Origin: an uncultured virus (IMG/VR IMGVR_UViG_3300046171_000308)
Lineage: Duplodnaviria; Heunggongvirae; Uroviricota; Caudoviricetes
Reading direction: 5' to 3' (one strand)
Virus record (IMG/VR): IMGVR_UViG_3300046171_000308
DNA length: 64,000 bases
The translations under genes and the position numbers were made by a program. Shown here one piece after another: positions 1 to 9,744 of the stretch (position 1 is the first letter of the stretch; each line of letters starts with the position of its first letter). A model generated the notes under the pieces. The model made no database searches. It was not told the origin of the DNA and saw only the letters and a list, made by a program, of their open reading frames with translations.

Positions 1-208
1 TACCAAAGCGTACCAAAGCTATAAATTTCTTAAATAAGCATAAAGCTGAGTGGTTAGTTGATACTACCTCTTATCTTAGAAGGATTAGAAAATTCTTACA
101 GTCTTGGTCTTACTATAATTTTGACACGGAAATAAGTCAAGAAATTAGAGAGAGTATAGAAGATATTAAGAGCGCACTTGCGCTAACTATGGGACTGGGT
201 GAAGAAGA

Positions 209-448
209 ATGACAGACGAACAAGCAATGGCAATTATAGATGAATGTAGAGCACGACTAACCGAAGTTGGAGTAGAAGATGTATTGATAGCAGTTGGTAC
301 TGGTAATGGTACAGCGTTTAGCTTCAAGGGTGCTAGTAAATCCCTCGCTTATTTATCTATGGCGGCATGGATGGAGATAATGCTAAATTCAATGGCTAAT
401 GACCCAATAGATGTCGGGTTTGGATTCAAACTGGAGGGAAATGAGTAA
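209..448 (+). CDS. hypothetical protein
   Basis: 79-aa ORF with GGTGA RBS upstream; stop overlaps the next start (TAATG). Confidence 0.65.
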   Translation: MTDEQAMAIIDECRARLTEVGVEDVLIAVGTGNGTAFSFKGASKSLAYLSMAAWMEIMLNSMANDPIDVGFGFKLEGNE

Positions 449-1062
449 TGGCACAAGATGAAAGAATCAAAGGTAAAGAATGGGATTTGAATAAGCGCTG
501 TCCTGTATGTGAAGATATCAAAGCAGGTAAAATTACAGATGACGGAGAACAGGTAATGATTCCTGGAACAGACAAACCATTCTTCTGTCCTAAATGTGGC
601 CACATGGAAATCCGCTTCTTTTGGCGAGCTGGTGCTGTTGAATCTGGAAGAACCTCTACAACTGGTCAAACTCAGATATGGGCTCATCAAGGTACAGTAG
701 AATGTATGTCATGTGACTGGAAGAAAACCGCTGGTTCGGTTCCATGTCTAGGTCGTCCGTGGGATGAAATCATGGGAGACGGTTTAGACCGCCCGGAACA
801 TCGCTCTAAAGAGCAACACCATGCGATTGGTTGGTCGAATGAGCATGCAGTTGGACTTAGAAAGGGGCAAGAAAAATATGACCCTAAAGCAAAACTTCGC
901 GCCAAAACATATAAGGCCAAGAGGAAGATACGTAGTAACAAGACGGAGGAAGGCATAGCCAAGTCGGACCCAAGTATGATTACGTGGAAACCCAATAAAG
1001 ATGAACGCAAGATGCCCAGATTCCGCAAAAGAACAAATAAAAAATCTAATGGAGATGATTAA
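448..1062 (+). CDS. zinc-ribbon protein with basic C-terminal tail
   Basis: CPVC, CPKC and CMSC motifs; Lys/Arg-rich C-terminus. Confidence 0.65.
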   Translation: MAQDERIKGKEWDLNKRCPVCEDIKAGKITDDGEQVMIPGTDKPFFCPKCGHMEIRFFWRAGAVESGRTSTTGQTQIWAHQGTVECMSCDWKKTAGSVPCLGRPWDEIMGDGLDRPEHRSKEQHHAIGWSNEHAVGLRKGQEKYDPKAKLRAKTYKAKRKIRSNKTEEGIAKSDPSMITWKPNKDERKMPRFRKRTNKKSNGDD

Positions 1063-1064
1063 GA

Positions 1065-1238
1065 ATGGCTAAGGAAATGAATGAAACAACAGTAAGCATG
1101 GAAATTGTATATGATGGCGTAAAGACCGTCTTGACCCGCGTTATCGCTAACGTAGGTCTTGAAGATGGTGTCGCAGCTATGAAGAAACAATGTGACTTGC
1201 TCAATATTTCTTCTGGCGGACTAGCAAAGCCTGAGTGA
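1065..1238 (+). CDS. small hypothetical protein (57 aa, MAKEMNETT...)
   Basis: Translated by hand (below the ORF-track cutoff); GGAGATGA RBS-like sequence upstream; follows directly after the previous gene. Confidence 0.6.
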   Translation: MAKEMNETTVSMEIVYDGVKTVLTRVIANVGLEDGVAAMKKQCDLLNISSGGLAKPE

Positions 1239-1279
1239 AGTTAATTCACTTAGTTTTACGTTAACTATTAGCGTAAGCT

Positions 1280-1711
1280 TTAGTCTTGAATAAGAAGGTA
1301 ACCAAGAGCGCCTGTTGTTATTACACCAATAGCTGCACCTAGAAGACCATTTCTTTTAGCGATAGTCTGATAACTTAAATTACGCTTGTTACCAATAAAA
1401 AATTCTTGACTCCAAGCTGAAAACATACCGCCTATGGCAAACGTACCTGCAAGTAATACTGTATTACTTAATCCAATACCAGTTAGCCCTAGAGCTTCTT
1501 GGCCAGTTAGGTCACCTAGCCCGTAGAAACCATTTGGTAAGTCTTCAGGAGCTGTATAAGGAGCGTTAGTTTTACTACGAGGTGCTGCTACTGTGCCACC
1601 TTTCTTTAGAACTAGATTGTTTAGTTCTGTAAATTCATAATGACTCATTCCTTGTACCCCATGTTGAGGACAATGTGGATTTACTCTAACTCCTGCGCAG
1701 TGACAACTCAT
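1280..1711 (-). CDS. small membrane protein, probable virion component
   Basis: Two hydrophobic C-terminal segments; GLG motif; N-terminal CHC...HCPQH cluster. Confidence 0.65.
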   Translation of the reverse strand: MSCHCAGVRVNPHCPQHGVQGMSHYEFTELNNLVLKKGGTVAAPRSKTNAPYTAPEDLPNGFYGLGDLTGQEALGLTGIGLSNTVLLAGTFAIGGMFSAWSQEFFIGNKRNLSYQTIAKRNGLLGAAIGVITTGALGYLLIQD

Positions 1712-2328
1712 ACATATACCTCCATGTCATCTTCTTCTTCTTCTTGCTCTAACACCATACCTGGAACATCGAAATGTCTAGTAGTTGGTAGCCCTGCTAA
1801 TTCAGGAGTTTCTATTTTTTGCGGAGCTTCAGTTAAGCCCCCTAAACTAAATGAATTAACTGAGACTCTTCTTCGTACAGATGGAGGTCCATTTAGGATG
1901 CTTCCACGCTTGAACTTACCTGTACCGAACATCTCCATCTTTTCTCCTGGTATACTGTGCTTGTCCCATGTAGAGCCAGTAGGAGCTTTTGTGTTACCTC
2001 CATGAGCTGAGGATGTTGAAGTTGTAGTAGATGTTGAACCTAATTGTTTGATTCTATCTGCTTGCCCAGCATGCTTCTTTGAAGCAGCATATAATTCATC
2101 TGTTATCGCGTTCAATTCTTTCTTTTGGTCGCCTGTAATATGTCCTAGCCTATCAACGAAGTATCCACTTCTAACATCATCATAGGTACTAAATGGGCTT
2201 TGTCCTTTAGGATTGGTTGTAGATTCCCATATAGTCTTAATTGCCTCTACAGCAGCGAAAGCAATAACCGAACCTGCAATAGGGTGCTCGAAAAAGTATT
2301 CTTTCAATTCTTTACTAGATGGTAACAT
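1708..2328 (-). CDS. hypothetical protein with N-terminal hydrophobic helix
   Basis: 206-aa ORF in the operon; EHPI followed by a hydrophobic helix, as in 3374..4069; repeated LG motifs. Confidence 0.65.
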   Translation of the reverse strand: MLPSSKELKEYFFEHPIAGSVIAFAAVEAIKTIWESTTNPKGQSPFSTYDDVRSGYFVDRLGHITGDQKKELNAITDELYAASKKHAGQADRIKQLGSTSTTTSTSSAHGGNTKAPTGSTWDKHSIPGEKMEMFGTGKFKRGSILNGPPSVRRRVSVNSFSLGGLTEAPQKIETPELAGLPTTRHFDVPGMVLEQEEEEDDMEVYV

Positions 2329-2340
2329 AATTAGGCCTCA

Positions 2341-2787
2341 TTAAATTTTTTGTCCAGTCCAAACTATTCCAAAGAAGGTAGCTACTAGGCCGCCACCGAT
2401 AGCAGCAGCCAATGCCGCACGTCGTGCTCTTGGACCGGTAAGACCCTCTGGTATTGTTCTGCGGTCGTAAGTAATTGCTCCAATAACTCCCCCTGCTAAG
2501 GCTCCGAGCATAGTCGGACTTAGCGAACCTCCAACCGTAACAGGAGAATAATAATCAGGGTCGAAAATTCCAGACAAATTTTGCAGGTTTCTGAACTCCA
2601 TGTAATCTGACACGTCGTCGATTTGAGCATCAGCGCGAGCAATGTAACTTTCTGCCCATTCATCTACATTTGAGTCGCTGTTTATTTTTTCATTGATTGC
2701 ACGGCTTTTAGACTCGAGTGACTTAAGCTGCGCCTTAACCATATAGTTACGACGCTTGAGCTTTCCTAAGTCACTATTCATACGCAT
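2341..2787 (-). CDS. membrane protein, probable virion component
   Basis: AGGTGA RBS; helical N-terminal domain; two glycine-rich TM-like helices at the C-terminus. Confidence 0.7.
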   Translation of the reverse strand: MRMNSDLGKLKRRNYMVKAQLKSLESKSRAINEKINSDSNVDEWAESYIARADAQIDDVSDYMEFRNLQNLSGIFDPDYYSPVTVGGSLSPTMLGALAGGVIGAITYDRRTIPEGLTGPRARRAALAAAIGGGLVATFFGIVWTGQKI

Positions 2788-2796
2788 GTAATCACC

Positions 2797-3369
2797 TCAG
2801 ATAACTTTTGCAGGGTTTGGGTTATTGTATCTAAAAGAAGCCGACCTTTGGTTTCTGTTTATGAAACTGTTGGCATTCGTTGCCAATTGAGGAAGTATAA
2901 TATGGTCGATACGAGACTGTTGGTTTCTCAATTTATTATTCTCGGTTTCCCAGCGCGACCATTTAGGATATGTTCTTTTGATGGTAGTAACATCTACAGT
3001 ACTAGGGTTGAAGGTTTGGGTGAATAAACCATAATAATACATCTGCTCAGTTGATACCATATCAGTGCTTAAAATTCCTCTAGCTATTGCTTTTTTAGTA
3101 GTATCGCGGTCATAAATAGCCTCTTGTAGCTCTCTCTTTAGGTCTAGTAGCTTAGCTTCGGCAATTGCTTGTTCTTGGAGCTCTTCATCTGCTTTGTTAG
3201 CAAATCTAACTATCTCTGCTTTTGATGTTCGCAACAAAGCTTCGGTTTCTTGGCTATCACTTAGAGCTACACTAGTTCTTCTAGATGCTTGAGCAGTTTG
3301 GCTAAAGTACATTAACCCGCCAATCATGGTTCCGGCCATTAATAGTGTTCGCGCTGTTTTTGCTTTCAT
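2797..3369 (-). CDS. N-terminally anchored coiled-coil protein
   Basis: AGGTGA RBS; signal/TM-like N-terminus followed by a heptad-rich helix. Confidence 0.7.
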   Translation of the reverse strand: MKAKTARTLLMAGTMIGGLMYFSQTAQASRRTSVALSDSQETEALLRTSKAEIVRFANKADEELQEQAIAEAKLLDLKRELQEAIYDRDTTKKAIARGILSTDMVSTEQMYYYGLFTQTFNPSTVDVTTIKRTYPKWSRWETENNKLRNQQSRIDHIILPQLATNANSFINRNQRSASFRYNNPNPAKVI

Positions 3370-3373
3370 ATTT

Positions 3374-4069
3374 TCACCTTAGTTTGTGTAACATACCAAG
3401 ACCAGCGAAGACGCTGTCTTGGCCAAGGAGGTTCACTACTGAGGGGTTTGCGTGGAATGATTCTGCGGATGATACTGGGGCTACGTATGTTTTTCCTGCT
3501 ACTGGTGGAGCTATACTTCCACCGTTACGGTGGTCGCGCTGGGAAGCAATAGGATTAGTTACCCCACTTCCTTTAGCAGGGTGAATAGTTTGTAGATGTC
3601 TAGTGTCTTTATAGAAGTTCCCAGCATTGTAGCCTTGATTTGGTGGTGGGGCGTAAGGAACAACGATATTGTATTGGCCGCTTGCAGATAATTCGTTATA
3701 CCGAGCTGCGGCGTAATTATTGATTAAATCAGGAGCGATTTCGCCAGCTTTTGCTCTTTGACACGTCTCATCATACGCAATCTTAAACAATTGGTCACCA
3801 GTTAGAGAAGAACCAGCTGGTGGAACATTACCTAGAGCACCAAATTGATGAATGTCTACATTACCACTTCCAGTAAATTGACTTCTTTGAGATGACGACA
3901 TAAGAGTAGGGATATTTCCTAGTCCTGGTTCTCCATACTTTGCTGTGCGTATTGTTTTACCAATTAGTCTAGCGGGGAAGTAGAAGAAGACAGTAGTCCC
4001 GAAAAGAGAGAAGAGAATTGGGTGTTCATGAGCAAACTGTATTACTGGGTGCTTGAATTTCTTAGCCAT
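3374..4069 (-). CDS. membrane-anchored protein, probable virion component
   Basis: AGGTGA RBS; N-terminal TM segment; GLGNI, ALGNV, LLGQ and GLGML motifs. Confidence 0.7.
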   Translation of the reverse strand: MAKKFKHPVIQFAHEHPILFSLFGTTVFFYFPARLIGKTIRTAKYGEPGLGNIPTLMSSSQRSQFTGSGNVDIHQFGALGNVPPAGSSLTGDQLFKIAYDETCQRAKAGEIAPDLINNYAAARYNELSASGQYNIVVPYAPPPNQGYNAGNFYKDTRHLQTIHPAKGSGVTNPIASQRDHRNGGSIAPPVAGKTYVAPVSSAESFHANPSVVNLLGQDSVFAGLGMLHKLR

Positions 4070-5582
4070 CGTAGCTCACCTCTAATTTGTATTTGACATC
4101 TGCTCTCATAAGGAGAACGTGGGGGTCTACTTCTGCTTGAGTAGTAACATGGCCCGCAGCTCCGTTTTTATTCCCAGCAGACGCTATAGAGCCAGCTCCT
4201 ACATTGGTGTCACCACATAAGTGACCTTGTAATGCAGTAGTTAGGTATCCTCCAGCGCTTGCTGCTGTTATTACCTGATTATGGGGAATGGCTATTGGAG
4301 GTTGTTTTTGCTGCATGCCAGGTGTTACGTCGAATCTTACCCCATTATGCTGTGTAAACGAACCAGTGCGTGTAACTGCGCCATGATATTCTGTAGGTAT
4401 AGCAGTACCGGTGTCGGTAATCTCGGCAAGTTGTACTGTCCCGGTTCCCGTACCCGGGCCCGTTGCTGTGAATTTAGCTCCTACGGTGTTCGAGGCAGAC
4501 CCTATAAGAGTAAAGTTGGTCGTACCGGCGGTAGTAATACGGTAGATTTTTCCAGCTTCTATATCCGTAGCAGCAGTACCAATCTCGATAGTACCAGCTG
4601 TTGGTACAGAAGTAAGCTCTCCGGGGAAATAAAACCGCCCATTATTATCTTTGATAAACAATCTTGCCCCAGCTGCAAAGGTATGCAAATGCCCCGCTTT
4701 CGCGTTGTCTCCTATATTAGCTATGACTATTTGTTGCGCTACATTGTCTCCGCTTGGAAGTCTTGGGTCGAAAAAGGCTGTATGGAATTCATCCATGTTA
4801 CCACCGTTGCTAGGTGTGATGATTAATCTTTGAACTGTAAAGGTGGGTTTTCCAGCTATTCCAACATATGGATGGTGGATACCTCTGCGAGCCCCCGGGT
4901 CGTTACGAATTGCTGGGTTTGGCCAAGTTGCTTCATACATAGGCGAAGTGGTTGAGGTCGCGAAAGCTGCTGCTGCGCTTTCAAAGTTAGGTAAACTAAT
5001 CCCGCTATCATCTTGAAATACCCCTACGTCAAAGTTTAAATTTGCAACCTTGGGCTGAGCTCCGCTAGACCAAAATGAACCAGCGTTAAATCCAAGGTTT
5101 TCAGGAATTGGTAATCCATTACCTGGAACATAAGACTTAGTGTAGCCAAATATTACATGCGGTGGAATACGGTTTCTAAGCGTGACCCTAAATCTTTTCT
5201 CAAAGGTTTCTCCGCCCATTGGTGTATAGTTTAGAACATATCCAGTGCCTGGGTTACCGCCATTAGTAGAGTAAACTTCGTAGTCACTTTTTACAGTATC
5301 TCCATTATACATTAGCTCTGCTGCATAAATTCCATCTACACGATAGTCGTCTATTTCCAGTATCATCTCTATATATGGATTATCTGTGACTACCTTAACG
5401 CTTCTAACTACGCCTTTGCCTTTTTGGTCGACAAGGTTTACAACGTTGTTACCATTTATTGCTGAAATAATTTGATTACTACGGCGTATATTGATTACTC
5501 GGTTATCTTCACGAAATGCTCGCGCCCTTTTCGATTCTTGAGGTTGATTGTTCCCCAGAAACAAAAATGGGTTGTCTGCCAT
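4062..5582 (-). CDS. beta-rich structural protein (candidate vertex/penton or spike base)
   Basis: 506 aa; beta-strand pattern at both ends with a Gly/Thr/Ala-rich fibre-like insertion; lies next to capsid candidates. Confidence 0.5.
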   Translation of the reverse strand: MADNPFLFLGNNQPQESKRARAFREDNRVINIRRSNQIISAINGNNVVNLVDQKGKGVVRSVKVVTDNPYIEMILEIDDYRVDGIYAAELMYNGDTVKSDYEVYSTNGGNPGTGYVLNYTPMGGETFEKRFRVTLRNRIPPHVIFGYTKSYVPGNGLPIPENLGFNAGSFWSSGAQPKVANLNFDVGVFQDDSGISLPNFESAAAAFATSTTSPMYEATWPNPAIRNDPGARRGIHHPYVGIAGKPTFTVQRLIITPSNGGNMDEFHTAFFDPRLPSGDNVAQQIVIANIGDNAKAGHLHTFAAGARLFIKDNNGRFYFPGELTSVPTAGTIEIGTAATDIEAGKIYRITTAGTTNFTLIGSASNTVGAKFTATGPGTGTGTVQLAEITDTGTAIPTEYHGAVTRTGSFTQHNGVRFDVTPGMQQKQPPIAIPHNQVITAASAGGYLTTALQGHLCGDTNVGAGSIASAGNKNGAAGHVTTQAEVDPHVLLMRADVKYKLEVSYDG

Positions 5583-5592
5583 TTAGACCACC

Positions 5593-6540
5593 TCAGTTAG
5601 GGAATGGTCCACTCAAGCTGCTTGCACTAGGAATACCTTGTGGGTTAATGATAGCGTAGGTAATTTTCTTGCCTGACCTTTGAAGGTCTTCTATACGAGA
5701 CATACTTAGTTCTGCGATAGAATATTTCCATCCAACTAGTCTAACTCTGCCGTCCAGGATAAATTCTTCAGAATCATTACACATACGGAAGGAAGGTAAG
5801 TTGTTTTCACCATGTTCGATAAACATAGAGAAGTTCCAGTTTGGTGCTTCCATTGGGCTGATGCTGTAGTCAATAAAACCGCTTAGTCCAAGAAGAGAAC
5901 CAGTAGCTGCGGAACCTGAGTCACCTTCAGGTGCTTGGTCTAGTACGTTAATTGGTGAACCAACTGGGTGCTTGATGTATAGTTTTGATGAAATTGAACC
6001 AACAGGTGATTGGCCGTCGGCGGTGATGAAACCAATTGGTACCCCGCCATTTGATGGCATTCCTGTTGAAGCAGGAGTAGAAGGCATCAAAAACTCGCCA
6101 GTAGCACAGTCAATAAACTTAGGCTGGAAAGGCAAAGTTGGACATAGTTGATACATGTGTCCAAAAGATGGTTCTAGGTCATCGAATTTTATGTATCCTG
6201 AATCGAAGTTAGGAGATAAAACGGATGCTGTTTTAGTTCCAGCAGTTAAACCACCAGTTGGGCCTAAAAGAGCTGAAACTGAGTTTGGTCCATACTTTAC
6301 TAAACCAAGACCATCAGCACCACCGTTTATTACGTTGCTGCTAACTGTGATTACGTGAGAATCGGTAAAGAACAAATCTACTGATAGTGCTTCTCTAGCT
6401 TCTATCACATAGAAATTGTTTCTAGCCTTAATTACATACCCTGGCTTTAGGGCGTATTCCATTCCGTTGTTTCCATGGCCGCCTCCAAATGGAGTACCAA
6501 ATATATTTCCTGCTCTGCTTCCTTGATTTACGTTCGTCAT
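5593..6540 (-). CDS. candidate single jelly-roll capsid protein
   Basis: Own BRE-TATA promoter and strong RBS; beta-rich; the C-terminal pattern GFID.SISP..P...F....P.F...N...VRLVGWKY resembles, from memory, structural proteins of tailless archaeal viruses. Confidence 0.45.
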   Translation of the reverse strand: MTNVNQGSRAGNIFGTPFGGGHGNNGMEYALKPGYVIKARNNFYVIEAREALSVDLFFTDSHVITVSSNVINGGADGLGLVKYGPNSVSALLGPTGGLTAGTKTASVLSPNFDSGYIKFDDLEPSFGHMYQLCPTLPFQPKFIDCATGEFLMPSTPASTGMPSNGGVPIGFITADGQSPVGSISSKLYIKHPVGSPINVLDQAPEGDSGSAATGSLLGLSGFIDYSISPMEAPNWNFSMFIEHGENNLPSFRMCNDSEEFILDGRVRLVGWKYSIAELSMSRIEDLQRSGKKITYAIINPQGIPSASSLSGPFPN

Positions 6541-6601
6541 AATTTTTCACCTTGTTTTTGTATGGTGTGGGCCGGACCCATTTAATCCCAGGCTAGTCCA
6601 T

Positions 6602-6617
6602 GATATAATTCCTTTGG
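6602..6617 (-). promoter_or_regulatory. archaeal BRE-TATA promoter (CCAAAGGAATTATATC)
   Basis: 14/16 identical to 8666-8681; upstream of an A-rich leader and AGGTGA RBS. Confidence 0.6.
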
Positions 6618-6664
6618 ACAGGTAGAGTGTTTTTACTCTAGTAGGCTAATTAAGAAATCAAGCC

Positions 6665-7807
6665 TTATTCATTAGGTGGATGAGTGTCTACAATACCTAT
6701 TACACTAATGAAACCAAATATGTTTGTAACCGAGGTAAGCGTAATTACTGCGTCAGTCCCAACACCGTTGGATGGTGAAGTAAGGGTGACTGTCTCTCCT
6801 ACAACAAAATTAAGGCCAGGGTCTACTGCGTTTAAATCTTGACCATTAGACCCGGCACTAAGGGCGGTAATCTCTCCACTGCCGCCGACAGATTCGACTT
6901 TCACTGTAAGAGCTTGGCCAGCTTCACTCCCAGTCAAACCACCTGATATATCACCAGCAGTATATCCGGTTCCGGCATTTGTTAGTGTAAAATCTCCGAC
7001 ACTCCCTTTGCCTGAAAATACATCTGCAAGTGTCGTTGGACTTCTTTCCTGAGCGTTCCCTCTAGGTATGAAGTTAGTAGTAAGAGCCGCTGAATCTGGC
7101 CTCCAATCAACTGAAAGGCGATTAGCATTCCAGTTTACTCCGTCAAGTAAACCAGAACTGGACTCTTCGCATAAAGTTCTAATATCAATCATCGAGCCAC
7201 CACTAGGGTCAGTACCAGTGCCTTGAAGATATTGGGCTTGCATTAGCCTATTTGTTATATCGTCTAATGGGGATTGGTCGGTATTTAGTAATGGTACATT
7301 TCTGGCGTTAAACCGACCTACTGAATTTGTACCATCAAATATAACTTCAAGTCTAGCTACTGCTGTGGAAAGAACATCTTGAATAACACCGTTGGTTTTT
7401 CTCATGAGGTCTTTGGCTCTAGTCATTGTATCAGCCGAAGCAGCAGTTGCAACTCCGTCAACATAAGCGGTATAACCAGAATTGGCACCTAAATTAGGGT
7501 AGTTAGGCCCTATTAGTGGGACGAGTCTTGCAGCAGCTTCTCCTGAGTGACCTTCCAGCTCTATTATATTGGGAGAGACTCCGGCTGCATCTCTGAACGC
7601 TGGAGTAGCGCTCGAGAATCTTACAAAACACAGATAATCAGCCTGCATGTCGTTAGGTAAAAGTTGATTCATAAGAGTAAGAAAGTTTGTAGCTCCGGTA
7701 TCATTATAATTGGTTCCAGGGAAAAGCCTAGCGACTATATAGTTAGTTCTGACTATTTGATATCTCGACCCGGGTCCTCCGGTAAATCCTCCCATTACTG
7801 TTGGCAT
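6665..7807 (-). CDS. virion protein, paralogue family A (divergent copy with fibre-like insertion)
   Basis: Start reassigned to MPTVMGG after GAGGTGA; shares GS...IVRTN, ADY and P.GN...PTT motifs with the other three paralogues. Confidence 0.7.
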   Translation of the reverse strand: MPTVMGGFTGGPGSRYQIVRTNYIVARLFPGTNYNDTGATNFLTLMNQLLPNDMQADYLCFVRFSSATPAFRDAAGVSPNIIELEGHSGEAAARLVPLIGPNYPNLGANSGYTAYVDGVATAASADTMTRAKDLMRKTNGVIQDVLSTAVARLEVIFDGTNSVGRFNARNVPLLNTDQSPLDDITNRLMQAQYLQGTGTDPSGGSMIDIRTLCEESSSGLLDGVNWNANRLSVDWRPDSAALTTNFIPRGNAQERSPTTLADVFSGKGSVGDFTLTNAGTGYTAGDISGGLTGSEAGQALTVKVESVGGSGEITALSAGSNGQDLNAVDPGLNFVVGETVTLTSPSNGVGTDAVITLTSVTNIFGFISVIGIVDTHPPNE

Positions 7808-7817
7808 ACTTCTCACC

Positions 7818-8606
7818 TCACTGTGCATCCCGCACTAACGCGGTTACTGATAAAATTACATAACTTTTGTTATGGACCAAAGAGTCCAAAGTCGTAAAAG
7901 TAGTAGGAGTAAGGCCACCAGTATTACCTTCGGCAACAAACCCACTGTTTAATGCTGTAGCAGAGTAGTCTACATCGCTAACACCCTCTGACCTTATGTC
8001 TGCAATTGGTTTACTTAAGTCAATACTAACTGAGCCTGTTGCTCCGTTTAGCTGGCGGCTCAGTAAAGTACTGTTAATAAAATCTAGATGTGCTTCGTCA
8101 TTAACCCCGCCCTCGAATTCAACCGAGCTTGTCCCGAAGAAGGCGTCCGCATTTGAAGCACTGGTCTTAAAAGCCGAAATACTAGTCACAGCAAGGACTT
8201 TACCGCTTGCTTTACTTTGAACATCAGTAAAGGAGTTTGCATGTGTTCCAGCAGCGGACTTAACTGCTAGACTAGCAGTACTTGGTCCCATAAGCGCTAT
8301 GTTGGTATCACGCGCATGGTCAGGTAAGCTTGCGCTAGCAAATCCAAAAGCAACATTACTATGCTGTGAAGTTTTAGCGACTTGCCCAGTAGGTATACTG
8401 GGAAATACCTCTGAGTCTGAATCAACAACCAAAATATAATCGCATTTCAGTAGTTTGGGTAGTCTATTGTTAGCTAATGTTAGAAAGTTAGCTAGTGCTT
8501 GACTTGTATTTGCCCCAGTACTAGTCATCTCTGTGCAAAGAAAATTGGTACGAATTAATTTAAGTTGTGAACCATGTCCTAAGTCTAATCCACCTAATAT
8601 ACCCAT
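7818..8606 (-). CDS. virion protein, paralogue family A
   Basis: N-terminus MGILGGLDLGHGSQLKLIRTNFL; C-terminus SVTALVRDAQ. Confidence 0.75.
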   Translation of the reverse strand: MGILGGLDLGHGSQLKLIRTNFLCTEMTSTGANTSQALANFLTLANNRLPKLLKCDYILVVDSDSEVFPSIPTGQVAKTSQHSNVAFGFASASLPDHARDTNIALMGPSTASLAVKSAAGTHANSFTDVQSKASGKVLAVTSISAFKTSASNADAFFGTSSVEFEGGVNDEAHLDFINSTLLSRQLNGATGSVSIDLSKPIADIRSEGVSDVDYSATALNSGFVAEGNTGGLTPTTFTTLDSLVHNKSYVILSVTALVRDAQ

Positions 8607-8665
8607 TTTCTTATCTCCTGTGTTTGTTACAATCCTCGGGGTTAGTTAAGCGCATGCCCACTCAA

Positions 8666-8681
8666 GATATAACCCCTTTGG
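8666..8681 (-). promoter_or_regulatory. archaeal BRE-TATA promoter (CCAAAGGGGTTATATC)
   Basis: Near-identical to 6602-6617; upstream of 7818..8606. Confidence 0.6.
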
Positions 8682-8706
8682 GTATCTCAAGTTGTCTTGT
8701 CTTAGT

Positions 8707-8868
8707 CTAACTATTTGCCTCTAACAAGTAAGCACCAATGTTAGCCACTGAGTAGCCAGCAAACATCAAACCTAACGCATTTCTTCCACCTTTAACGTGG
8801 ATGACTGCGGTAGCTAAGTATGCTACTGTAACTCCTAGTGTTAACTTCTGCGACCATGACATTGCCAT
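8707..8868 (-). CDS. small two-TM membrane protein (53 aa, MAMSWSQKLTLG...)
   Basis: Translated by hand; AGGTGA RBS; two hydrophobic helices. Confidence 0.7.
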   Translation of the reverse strand: MAMSWSQKLTLGVTVAYLATAVIHVKGGRNALGLMFAGYSVANIGAYLLEANS

Positions 8869-8886
8869 TGTATCACCTGCTTAAGG

Positions 8887-8933
8887 CCCTGAGCGTAGCC
8901 CTCCCCCGAAAGAGAGAGCTTACGCTCAAAGGG
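8887..8933 (-). terminator. stem-loop downstream of 8967..9698 (terminator or mRNA stability element)
   Basis: Inverted repeat GAGCGTA...TACGCTC with an apical TTCG loop on the minus strand. Confidence 0.5.
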
Positions 8934-8966
8934 TTGTAAAGCGTATACTTCTAACCGTTGTTAGGC

Positions 8967-9698
8967 TTACTGTGCAGTGCGAACAAGCGCTGTGATAGAA
9001 ACCAATGAGCTTGTGTTTGCCGGTGGTGTAGTAATGTCTGCGACAGTTGTCTCAGCGTCGCCAGCAGCATTGCCCTTCATCTTGAAGCTTGCATTGAGAG
9101 CTGCGACTGTTACATCACATGTACCAGTAGCACTTAGAGTACCAGTAGCGGTTGCTTCGCCAGCAAGAGCTGTCATATCAACAAAGAACACAGGGCCTCC
9201 AACAGAATCAGCTAGAAGCTCAGCATTCAGTGCTTCAGCGTGGGTAGTTGTAGTAGCCAGCAATTCAACAACAGCTGGTGTTGTGAAACCTGCGCCGTCA
9301 AAGCTAATCAAACCGGTGTTAAGAATCGACAAGATTGAAGCACCAGCGTTTGGTCCGGTTTCAGCAGCTGTGTTACCAGTTGCGTGAAGGTCGGATGCAG
9401 TAGCTAAGTGGGCACGAGATGGTCCGACTAGTGGAGCCAACATGCTAGCGTTTAGGTCTGCAACTACTGGGTCGGTACCCGAGGCTGGTGTTACTTCTGC
9501 GTTCGCTACAACAGGTACGATGTAGTCAGCTTTTAGTAGTGAGCCTTCTCCTTGGATTCGGTTGTAAACATGCATGAGGTTAGCAAATGCTTGAGCAGTT
9601 GTACCGGTGTTTGTGCTTACTTCGACAAAGAGAAAGTTAGTACGTACAATTTTAACTTGTGAACCATATCCTAGGTCCATTCCTGCTAATGTTACCAT
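8967..9698 (-). CDS. virion protein, paralogue family A (probably abundant)
   Basis: Perfect GGAGGTGA RBS; MVTLAGMDLGYGSQVKIVRTNFL...SITALVRTAQ; follows the MCP candidate. Confidence 0.75.
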   Translation of the reverse strand: MVTLAGMDLGYGSQVKIVRTNFLFVEVSTNTGTTAQAFANLMHVYNRIQGEGSLLKADYIVPVVANAEVTPASGTDPVVADLNASMLAPLVGPSRAHLATASDLHATGNTAAETGPNAGASILSILNTGLISFDGAGFTTPAVVELLATTTTHAEALNAELLADSVGGPVFFVDMTALAGEATATGTLSATGTCDVTVAALNASFKMKGNAAGDAETTVADITTPPANTSSLVSITALVRTAQ

Positions 9699-9744
9699 AT
9701 CTTTTCACCTCCATATTTTTGAATATCTGAGTCCCGTTGGGGAA

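Noticed and set aside
1..20. TACCAAAGC repeated twice at the window start as a terminal repeat
   Set aside because: No matching direct or inverted copy at the right end; too short to interpret
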